From Heteronotia binoei (taxonomy: Eukaryota): a stretch of DNA of 64,000 bases. Under the pieces are notes generated by a model. That model was not told where the DNA came from, made no database searches, and saw only the letters and a list, made by a program, of their open reading frames with translations. The stretch covers positions 183,768,001 to 183,832,000 of the forward strand of contig NC_083243.1 of NCBI RefSeq assembly GCF_032191835.1, read 5' to 3'. A program made the translations under genes and the position numbers. Below, piece after piece: positions 51,457-61,659 of the stretch. Each line of letters starts with the position of its first letter. Within the stretch, counting starts at the first letter, position 1.

Positions 51457-51542
51457 CTAAAAAGAAAAAACAGTCAAACTAGAAACAATAACCATAAAAT
51501 TCATGTTACAAACCAAACAAAGTTAGGGATTAAGTTAGGGAG

Positions 51543-52250
51543 TTAAGGCAGCTTAGCCAAAACCCGAGAAGTCACAACCCAAAACTGATGTTTTGTCAGC
51601 AGACTGCTGTTGTGGTGACAAAACAAAAATCCATCCCTAGGACTGCGTACTGCCAAATAGACAGCCAAAGCAGAAATAGGACACAAGTCCTGCTCAGAGC
51701 ATGTGCCCAGCTCCAAAATGGTTCCCTTGCGACGCCAGTCAGTCTTAGAGCGTCGAATGGTAATGACCACCTTACTTTCCACCAACCTCAGGACCTGTGG
51801 CAACAAAGCGCTACCAGAAACATCATTTCAGAAGCGTGCCACTAGCTCACTGACTCTGAGAGCCCCAAAGAAGGCAACCAAGGAAGCAGCATGAAACAGC
51901 GTGAATTCAAAATAGAATGCACACACTGTGCCCCAAACCCCCTTCAAGCCCCTAAGAATCAAAGGGGAAATAGACCTTCTAGCATCAGGATTAGGCCCAG
52001 CCTCTCTAGCTCAGCCCTCCAGCATCTTCCACAGACTTTCATCTGTGGAAGATGCTGGAGGTTTCCTCTTTATACCCCAACGCCTTACTAGCAAAAGCCA
52101 GAGCAGACAGGCATCCCCTAATGGATCACACAGCCAATCCCTTACCTTTTAAAGAAACACAGTAGTGAAGCAACTGCTCCACCGGGAGGGGTCAAACAAT
52201 GCAATACCCTACCCCTAACCTAAAACTTCCTGGTACTGTGTGCTATGGCT
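51543..52250 (-). pseudogene. Ngaro tyrosine recombinase, C-terminal catalytic box deleted
   Basis: AFFGALRVSELV (box I Arg), ITIRRSKTD, CPISAL, LFCH, LTKHQF; ends LAKLP* with no HSFR or Tyr. Confidence 0.82.
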
Positions 52251-52259
52251 AGGCCTATC

Positions 52260-52810
52260 ACTCTCCAATCAGCCACAGCCCCAGGGGCATCTGCACTGGC
52301 TCTCTATCGGCTTCTGGGGCCAGCTAATGACATCTCTCCATCTGTTCATGAGAGAGAGTGTCAGCCACTCCATTATTCACCCTAGGAACATGCTTGGCTA
52401 AAAACAGTATGTTAAGTCATAGACAACGCAGAGTGAGGGTCCATACCTATTTCATAATCCGTTGAGATTTGGATGAAAGGGAATTAATGACATGTACCAC
52501 TGCCATGTTATCACACCAAAAATGAATTGTGCGATTGGCCATATAACTCTCCCACAAACAAACAGCAACAAGAATGGGAAAGAACTCAAGAAACGTAAGA
52601 TCTCGGTTCACACCCGCCTGAACCCATAAATCTGGCCATATATCTATACACCAATGTCTGCAAAAATAAACCTCAAAACCTAAAGATCCAGCAGCATCAG
52701 ACATGACCTGAAGCTTTGCTTCAAGTTTCATGTCTGCCCTCCAAAATGAAATCCCGTTAAAGGATTCCAAAAACTCCTGCAGCCAGATGAACAGGAAGAA
52801 AGAGGTTCCA
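52260..52810 (-). pseudogene. Ngaro RNase H domain plus end of RT connection
   Basis: WLQEFLESFNG...SDAAGSLGF...TFLEFFPILVA...CDNMAVVHVIN...AKHVPRVNNGVADTLS. Confidence 0.85.
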
Positions 52811-52849
52811 CCTTTATCAGACAGGGCCGCTATTCCAGCTTGGTAATTA

Positions 52850-54170
52850 CCTCCACCCCCCATCCTGCCTCTTTTGGCCCTTATGTGACCGGGCTCTGGG
52901 GCAGTTACTAAAGGAGTGATAGCCACCCCACATGGGGCCTTCATGCCTGTACTGGCAAACCTTCCTATTGCACACTCCCTGGGACCCAAACTCAAAGCAA
53001 AGCAAGCAGGGCTGAACTGCCTGCCCCGCCAAACTGCAGAAAGAAGATGAAGAAGTCACAGATGTCCTGGCAACCAAATGGCCGCTATCAGAGCAGTCGC
53101 CCAAGTTTGGTCACGCAGGGGACAAGACCTGGAGCCAAAGCTGCTAGTGGATGCGGTTCCACTGCAGGGAAAGATATAAGGCAGCTCACTTTCGGAACTC
53201 CTCATCATATTGGAGCCAAGCGGACCCATTAAACATCGTATACTCCTTATAAATAATATCCATATATTGGATCAATGACGCACCCCACCAAGGCTGAGAG
53301 TGTGCTATCAACCAGCATATATGAAAAACCCAGGAAGCCAATTGGCTGAGGTCCTGTCTACTCTCTGCTTCTTCAACTTCTCTTTCTCCTTATCATCTAA
53401 ATCCTCCTTCTCTTTCTTCTCCAGCTCATGGTACAGGAGAGAGAAAATACCCACATATTCACCCTTTAAAATGTTATATTTTGTTGCAGGCAACAAATGA
53501 TCACCTAAGGGAAAAGCTAAGTCCCCAAAAGGCAACACAGTAAAAGGGGGCAGACCCATAAAAAGCACTCAAAGGAGAAGGAAAGCCCCATCCCCCAACA
53601 TGGGACCTGGCATACCTTGCTGCCCAGCTACTGGCCAAGCCCCGTAGGAGCCAAACTGCCCAGCTGGCCAAGACCAAGCTTGCTATGTACCCATGCCAGA
53701 AGAAGGGAAGGTACCAGAAGCCCCTGTGGCAACACTGGGCACCGCCACAGCGGCAGGGCCCAATGGGCCCCCACGGCCAAGCCAGTCCAATGCATAGTGT
53801 TTCCAGCCTTACCCTCAGATCCAACCAATACCAGTGCTGACCCTGTTCCGGCATCCATACAAAGTGGACCGGCACCCCAGTCTGAGCCATCGGACCCCTG
53901 GCTCCTTCAGCGACATTTCCAGCAGACCTGCCCTCAAGGATACACAACCTGGTTAAAATATCCACTTGAAACATAGCCTTAGGATTTTTTCCATCATCTG
54001 AGCCCTGTGGGTGAGGAATGCCAGATGCCTGCTCTAGCGCCCTAAGCCACTGTAAAATGCCTTATTTACCATCTCATCACCCTCGTCAGCTGGACGATAA
54101 AGGGGGGAGATGGCCTTTTAGGTGGGGCGTTAGGTGCGGGTTATTTTCCCTTGGATCTCCCTGTGCCTTT
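52850..54170 (-). pseudogene. Ngaro ORF1 (gag-like), frameshifted
   Basis: LGDHLLPATKYNILKGEYVGIFSLL, SANWLPGFFIYAG, AWLQYDEEFR and terminal CFEF..GVC.RKVC.YRH...GG.H...C zinc-knuckle-like region. Confidence 0.75.
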
Positions 54171-54439
54171 TTTTTTAAACCAACATTTTAACAATACCCG
54201 CAAACCCAACTAAGAGCAAAGCCACTCAAAAATTAGCACTAAAATGGCTGCTGCTACACAGCACTCAAAATGGCTTTCCCCTTTGTTCCTGAAGTAAAGC
54301 CAACAGAGAAGCTGATAATGCCTGCTGCTCTACTGCCCCTAAAATGGCTGCCCTTTTACCCAAAAAAGAAAACTGTTGCACCATAGCACCAAACTTGTTT
54401 TAAAACTCCACTAATAATTTTAAATTATGTGTTTTTATG

Positions 54440-54715
54440 TATTTTATTGTATAATTATTAATGTATTTTAAACTGATTTTGTTAGCTTTTTATGTTGTAA
54501 GCCGCCCTGAGCCCACCTCAGTGGGGTAGGGCGGGATATAAATTGAATAAAATAAATAATAAATAAATTATAACCTGTTTTAACTTTTAATGGACTTGTG
54601 ATTGTGATTGTTTTTATTGTTTTATTGTTGACATATGATGTTGTTAGCCGCCCTGGGCCTGCTTCGGCAGGGAGGGCAGGATATAAATATGAAAAATAAA
54701 TAATAAATAAATAAA
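54440..54715 (+). mobile_element. Two tandem L2 3' tails inside the Ngaro 5' region
   Basis: TGTAAGCCGCCCCTGAGCC...GGGATATAAAT(TAAA)n and TTAGCCGCCCTGGGCC...GGATATAAAT(AAAT)n. Confidence 0.7.
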
Positions 54716-54819
54716 AAAACACAAGGGGAGCCTAAAATGGCCGACACAGCCCTACTAAGCCTCAAAAGGCCAAAGATCCCTATCCAGCAAGGCAGCTAAG
54801 GTCCTCTGCAAACCAAGAA

Positions 54820-55087
54820 GAAGAAAACAACACTGGATCTATATCTTGCCCTCCACTCTGAATCTCAGAGTCTCAGAGTGGCTCACAATCTCCATTATCT
54901 TCCTCCCCCACAACAGAGGTGGATGGGGCTGAGAGAGCTCTTACAGAAGCTGCCCTTTCAAGGACAACCTCTGCCAGAGCTATGGTTGACCCAAGGCCAT
55001 TTCAGCAGGTGCATGTGGAGGAGTGGGGAATCAAACCTGGTTCTCCCAGATAAGAGTCTGCACACTTAACACAACACCAAACTGGCA
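54820..55087 (-). mobile_element. Squam2-like SINE inside the Ngaro 5' region
   Basis: Homologous to 31550-31843. Confidence 0.8.
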
Positions 55088-55946
55088 TTTGGCTTTTCAC
55101 AGCACACACTACCCAATCCTTTAACAACAGAAAGAAGAGCGAAAAAATGGCAATAACCCAGAACCAAAAAAAAGGGGGAGGGAGAATGATAACCCACAAG
55201 CAATGAGGTAGCAAAGGAAGCTGCCAAAAATCTAGCCTCCCCATCCCTTTAAGAAAAGTTCCAATACCACCAGCACAATGCCAGATCCCCTTCTTAAGAA
55301 GAAAAAAAAGGGGGGGGGAGGGAAGAAAGGGTGTGTGAAGTTTAAACAGGCTGTTAATTGGAGAGCCATCTCTCCTGTGCTGATCCCACGCCGTCGCATT
55401 ATCAGGGGCCTTAACAGCAGCCCGGATCTCCAGCTCACTGTAACAATACAGAGGAAAGAAAGGCCTCTGGGGCCTTATCAGACACCCGATCAGTACAGCC
55501 TGCAGGAAAGCAGGGAGTGAAACTGACAAGCCAAAGCAGGAGCGAGCCAAAAGCGCTCCTGCCCAGCTCTCTCAGCCATCCGATCTCTGCTTAAGAGAAA
55601 CTGAGACAATCCAAGCAGGAGTGAGCTAAAAGCTCCCCTGCCTCCACCGATTGTCTGTCAAAGATTGAGGTAGGGGGTGGATGGTGCTGCCATTACAGCA
55701 GCAAGCTCCGCCCCCTCAGAATTACGCCCAAACAGGCAGCAGAAGTCCTCCCTTTTCCTTCCAGGGAGGCAAAGACATCCCTGCAGCCAAGAAGCGATGC
55801 TGCTGGCTGCTAGAGATGAATTTTGTATGGCAAAGAGAAACCTCTAAAAACCAGTTTCTCCTTGCCGTGCGAAAAAGCCGATGCTGGCTGAAGCTCCGGG
55901 GCAGATTGTGTGAAATCGGAGGGAAGTCCCGCTGAGAAGAAGAGCT

Positions 55947-57012
55947 TATCTTTTCAAGTTTTTATTGAGTTTAGACAGAAGGGGATGGGGACAAGAGGGA
56001 ACAATACCAAAGAAAAATGAAATATATACACTACAGTTATTTCTACTACAGAAAAAGCTATAAAATTCATTATACCTGCAAGCTACCATATTTTAACCAA
56101 ATAGTACCATTGAATTCTACAAACATTTTGTGACCTTTTGTGATTTCTTACAGCTCTATTAATCAAATTATAGTTCATATCCATTTGTCCTTAATACATA
56201 TGAGAAGAAGGAAGGAAAAGAAATGAGGAAGGAAAAATAACCAACAGAATAATTGAAAACAATAAAAATAAAAAAAATATGAAGGAGGAAGTGAGCCAAG
56301 AGTTTTAGTCTGTCATACAAGCTCATTACTGCCAAAAAAATAGGATAACTTCACAGTACAACCATGTAACTATCTATATTAATGAGAATTTCAAGCAAAA
56401 CGTAAAAAGCAGATCTCCAATGTTATACAGCATATCTATTCTCTAAAGTACCATAAATGGACAACAGTAAAGCGTGCACTTAAAAAGTTATTCAAAATTA
56501 TTTAAACTTTGTTGGAGACAACATATACCCAAGTGCCATAATACTTATAGAGAGGAGAGAGAAAACAAGAAATCTTAGTCTACTACCTAAGAAAGAGAGA
56601 ATACTTCATTATGACATAACCTCCATGAAATTGCTTTACCCAAATTCAAGCAGGAAAATCACTAAAATAATTCTTGACATGACTAAAAATTCATCTAACT
56701 TACTATATGCCAATAGAAGTAAAACGTATCTCTTAAATACTATTCAGATTTATTTAAATTATTAGGGACAATACATACCAAATATTCAAACATGTAAAAA
56801 CAGGGGGAAAGAGGAAAATACATTCAAAAATATGTCAAAACAAGGATGCTTCCAAGTTGTGAGCTTAACTTCTACTTTGTAAAATTATAAGTAACTTTTA
56901 ATACTTCTAGGTTCACTGAGGATTTAGCTTATAAAAATAAAATATGAAATATCCCTTTACCTATTCAAAATATTTAATTCTCTGTAGTTTGTTAATCAGC
57001 TATTGTTTTATC
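55947..57012 (-). mobile_element. 5'-truncated L1-like LINE 3' fragment
   Basis: AT-rich; AATAAA and A-rich tail on minus at 55950-55970; ~15-bp TSD CTGAGAAGAAGAGCT / CTGAGAAGAGGAACT (single copy in the intact MITE left arm). Confidence 0.65.
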
Positions 57013-57313
57013 CTGAGAAGAGGAACTTGACAGCGGTGGAAGGCAAGTGGGAAATCGGTCTAGGTTTTTGTCCAGGCAAAGTTCAATAGCATGTGGAGAG
57101 CTTCGTGAATGACAATTATCTAAGTGGACAGAGTGCCTCATTCACTGACAGATCACTCTGAAGATCACCGGAAGGAGTACAGAATTTAAGGAATTTTGTT
57201 ATATGCAGCTTTGGAGAGAACCAGACCTAATTCTCATTTTAAAAACCCTCTCTTTAGTATTTAACTATGAGCCTTTTGCAGATGTTTATTCATATATACT
57301 CTGAATTTGCATA

Positions 57314-57614
57314 GTAAAAAGTAAAGGTAGTCCCCTGTGCAAGCATCAGTCATTTCTGACTCTGAGGTGACGTTGCTCTCACAACATTTTCATGGCAGAC
57401 TTTTTATGGGGTGGTTTGCCATTTCCTTCCCCAGTCATCTACACTTTCCCCCCAGCAAGCTGGGTACTCATTTTACCGACCATGGAAGGATGGAAGGCTG
57501 AGTCAACCTGGAGCCACCTACCTGAACCTAGCTTCTGCCAGGATCGAACCCAGGTCATGAGCAGGGAGTTCAGACTGCAGTACTGCAGCTTTACCACTCT
57601 GCGCCATGGGGCTC
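57314..57614 (-). mobile_element. Sauria SINE (Squam1), full length
   Basis: Head GAGCCCCATGGCGCAGAGTGGTAAAGCTGCAG, box B GGTTCGATCC, tail GGGGACTACCTTTACTTTTTAC on minus. Confidence 0.9.
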
Positions 57615-58022
57615 TTTTTGAAATTTGCATAGAGGAGAACGCAATTGCACCTGCACCATCCTCCAGATATATAAGGTCCACCCACCCATCCAAGGCAACC
57701 ATCAAATGCTGGTCTTCAAAAGAAAAGCTGAGAAGAAACAATGCAAATAATTACACAGAAGCCATTTTAAGATGCAAGTGATGAGTGTCCCACAGTTCTG
57801 AATGAGGATTAAGATTGCACTCATTAACATGGGAGAGTAAGTTATATAACTAACACTCTTTTACAAGAAGCAGACTGTGGCCCTAAGAGCTCCATGTCTC
57901 TTGGGCCTCCACTAGCCAGTCCAAATGGGAAGGGCTCTACTTTATATTCAAGGCTAGTCCAATTACAGTGTTTGATGTTGAGTTCAGGAAAGCATCTTTC
58001 CCACAGTCAGATACTATAACCA

Positions 58023-58113
58023 TTTTCCCACACAGCTTACCTCGGAGTGACATCCCTCTTCACCGCTGTGCGGTGAAGAGGGACGTCACTCCGAGGTAAG
58101 CTGTGTGGGAAAA
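58023..58113. mobile_element. Collapsed Harbinger-type MITE, 44-bp-stem hairpin
   Basis: TTTTCCCACACAGCTTACC...CTTCACCGC TGT GCGGTGAAG...GGTAAGCTGTGTGGGAAAA; arms homologous to 9681-9946. Confidence 0.8.
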
Positions 58114-59221
58114 AGGTTTATGTCTTTCTCTTCTCCTGCAGTAGCTTGTTTTTATCTCCAAAACCTTTCTCATATAGTTTTGTTTGTGCTGCATATTATT
58201 TGGATTCTACATATTAATGTGGAGAAGGGAAGTTTCTAATCTCTGGAGCATCATAGGAGTAGGAGGTAGAGTGATAACCCTGAACTCTGTGCCAGCTCTA
58301 TGAAACATTAAGCTTCCTCTGGAATGTGGCTACAATGACAGCCTAGGTCTATTCATTTAGGGATGTTTGCTAGGCAGCACAGTGTGTTATGGTCTTCTTT
58401 TAGGGTGTTCCCCAAAGAGACTGTATTGTATCAACTGCAGCTGACTGCTTAGAGCTATTAGGGTTCCTCCCCCCCGAAAGAAAAACAGCCATTCAGCATC
58501 ATTATATGAGAGCTAAGTGCATTGGGTTACAATTCAAAAGCAGTGTATTTTTAAATAGCTGTAGTGAGGCTTCATAACTCTATAGGATTTCTCACATAGC
58601 AAATGATGATAGTGTCCTGGGATCCATAAATAGAAGCATTTCTAAAAGATACTGCCATATTTTGCAACCAGTCCAATCAACTGGCAGAGTCACAAGGCAC
58701 TGCTATACCAAAACTACCCCATGAGGAAGCATGACTCTATATCCAAAATCCTGAACACAGCCATATTAATCCTGCAGAAGGGTTCAAGGCAAGGACATCG
58801 GTACCTGGCATTTATAACTCAAGATTATTGTGGTTATATACATTGAACATCAAGAAAGAAAATATGCATAATCTCAGAGCCATTTCCAGTTCAGGTATTT
58901 GCTTTGGTAAAACAGAAGCATAGATTTTCTGATTCATTTTCTGATTCAACAGAGAAACTGAATAAATATAGCCCCACCTGCAGAGTAAATGCCATTAGGA
59001 CCCCACAGGTTATTTTTCCTATGAGCAACCCTGAACTGTATATATTCAAGGAATTGCTCAAACCAAACTATGCATTATCAAAGGCTGACAATAATTGTGC
59101 CACTGACTACTGTTTCTTTCTCATATTGTTCACAGGCGGTCAACAAACTCATTAAAAGGATGGTTTCCTCTCCATCTCTTACTTAAGTTACTTGTTCATT
59201 TATCAGAAAAGCAATTTACTG

Positions 59222-59375
59222 CAGGACTGGATCTACGTGTTTTTTGAGGGGGGGGGAATTAAAAAATGGCGCCCTTTTATGGGCCCATTCTACCTTATAG
59301 AATAGAATGGACTCCATACCCAATTTGGCGTCCTACCTCCACCCCCCTCTGCCCCTTCCCTCCGATCTGGCCCTG
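59222..59375. mobile_element. Short hAT-type MITE related to 8324-8984
   Basis: CAGGACTGGATCTA ... GATCTGGCCCTG; 8-bp TSD ATTTACTG / ACTTACTG. Confidence 0.75.
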
Positions 59376-61659
59376 ACTTACTGTCTGCCATTAGTTTGTT
59401 TCTGATAAGGATGAATAGATTCAATCCACAAAACCTAGCTTCAGTAGCTGTCAATGATTCTTTGAATCAGTTACATTTTCAATGGGAACATTCCCATCTA
59501 TCCCACTGTGGAAAACGATTGTTGCTTATGAAAGTACTGGAATTTCAGCTGAACAAATGCAGAATAGGATTGTAAACTGACACCATTACTTCGTGTCTTA
59601 CCATATCCCTTCAGGGTAAAAGAAACAGGATGCTAACAAACACAACTCTAAGGGACCTTTCTTAATGCTAGGACAGCCATTGTAATATGTCTCATTTTAC
59701 TGCTGTAATAATATCAGAAACCACAGGGCACGTAGGAGAAAATTCTGTGACAATGTCAGCACAGGAAAAAGCCACAGTGTGGATTCTTCCTATATAGCTT
59801 AGGGCTTCTGAAATCACCTGAATAGCACAGAAAGAAGCCATGCCACAGCAGCTCTATGAAAGTAAATTGAGTTAATTTCCTTCCATAAAGAACACATAAA
59901 AACTTCTTCAGCATTTCTCCCCAGAAATGCTAAAGCATTCCTTTCAAAGGAGTTGTAAGTAGAGGTGGACATGAACCTCATCATGAAACTAAATTCATAA
60001 TGAAAATTCCCTGGTTCATTGTTTGTGAGCCAAAGGTCATGTGATCATACTTGCAATGTACCTCCCACAAATGAACCTCAGTCAAAGCAATGGGAGGTGG
60101 ACTTTTGCAGCCCTGGAAGCGCCAATAGTGCCCTCCAAACCTCAAACAAAAGTGGCACTTGTGGGGCCTGAGGGTGTGGAAGAAAGCATGAAAGAGCCTG
60201 GGCTGGGGGTGGAAGGAGATGAGGGAGAGATGGAGGAGGGGTGCACACCAATGGCAGTAGCAGAGGAGAGAGAAGAGGTGGAGATCTGAGGCTTGGGGGA
60301 GAAAGGGGAAGGTGATCTCCTTTTTGCAGAAGTAGTGGGAACTTTGGGAAACTGGCCCATGGGGTAGTCAGCAGGAGGACAGCAGATGAGGCCAGGCCAA
60401 AAAAGGGGGACCCCAGGAGGCCAAGAAGTTGAGGATCACAGGGTCAGAAGGAAAAAGGGGTAGAAGAGGGAGTCAGCTGGAGACTGGCTGTGAGTTTGGG
60501 ATGTCACAGGAGGGTCATTCTACCGCATCACAAACCTCACAAAACAAACCGGATCAGTAAATGAGACTCCACGAAACAGAAACCAGGATGAACCTTGATT
60601 TCCCCAGTTCATGCCCATCCCTAGTTCTATGTCAAGAGCTTCCTCTGTAGGCACTTAACGTATAGATGTACAATGCTATGTAATGACCTTCAGGGCTGTT
60701 CAGTTAATTTGAAACCAAGAGTCCGAGGTTGCTAAATCATGATTAAGAGCAGGAGAGAAGGGATACTGGAAGTTATTTCATTACAAGTGGAGCCAAAAAG
60801 AAGGTTAAATATGATTCCATTTAACTGGGCTGAAAATTCTACTGCATATACTTGTATTGCAGTGGGAGGTGATATTGACTGCGAGAAAAACATAAACTGT
60901 ATAAAAAGGTTAAATTCTTTAGATCAGCCATATTTATAATTGTACATGCTAGAAAACATTCAGAATGAAGGCTACAGATGTAAACTTTTGCAGCACAGGA
61001 AAATTTGCTTCAGACTGTTCTACCCTGTCAATTTTTGTCTTTTTCACCTTCCAACACTATTGAATCCTTTTGGCTGATCCTTTTCTCCTGTTCCCACTGA
61101 GTATGTCACCCTCATTCAAGATCCTCCAAATGGCTCAAAAATAAAAGTATACAAAGGAAAATGTATATGTAGAAACTATGTAAACCATGAGAACTTAACT
61201 ATATCTGGGTTTGTCCTTTGCCCATGTTCAGGAGCCTGGCCACAAGTTGGTAGCTGGCAAAAAGGAGGACAGGGGATGAGCCACTGATTCTCAAGCACTC
61301 CATTGCTTAGAGATGCAAATGCCTCTGGGCAGAGCACTGTGCATTTATGCCATTTCCTTTTATCTTTGCTCAGCCTGATACTTGTACAGACCATGTGCAC
61401 TCTTTTTAGTTGCTCTTTAAACTTTCTGTTATTCTTTATCCCTGAAACCTGATCTATGTACCCACACCACACCTAGTTAGGTCCCACTTTCTAAAGAATA
61501 GGAATGAGAAGTGGCAGCAGTTCAAGCCAACTATCCCTGCAGTTTTCCTCCCAGTTTTCATTAAGAATTTTGCCAGCATATTTGTCATGCTGTCGCTATA
61601 CATACCACCATTTTGATGGTTTTAAAAAATGAAATGGAGGGTATCCTATCCAGCTGATA

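Larger units (their letters stand above)
48809..55822 (-). mobile_element. Ngaro-type tyrosine-recombinase (DIRS order) retrotransposon, decayed, with split direct repeats
   Basis: A1 55650-55822 matches A2 50072-50241; B1 50242-50833 matches B2 48812-49867; order on minus A1-gag-(RT deleted)-RNaseH-YR-SGNH-B1-A2-spacer-B2. Confidence 0.88.
48706..57060. mobile_element. Palindromic Harbinger-type MITE split by nested insertions
   Basis: Left arm 48706-48806 (GACCGATTTCCCACT...) is the reverse complement of 55870-55946 plus 57013-57060 (...AGTGGGAAATCGGTC); 3-bp TSD TAG. Confidence 0.8.

Noticed and set aside
59590-59660. Minus-strand donor tested as Caspr exon 1 (signal peptide)
   Set aside because: The required phase-1 frame hits a TAG within 11 codons and has no ATG
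60040-60480. Purine-rich stretch with Ser/Pro-rich minus ORF 60142-60360
   Set aside because: Low complexity, no splice or homology support; probably the interior of a repeat
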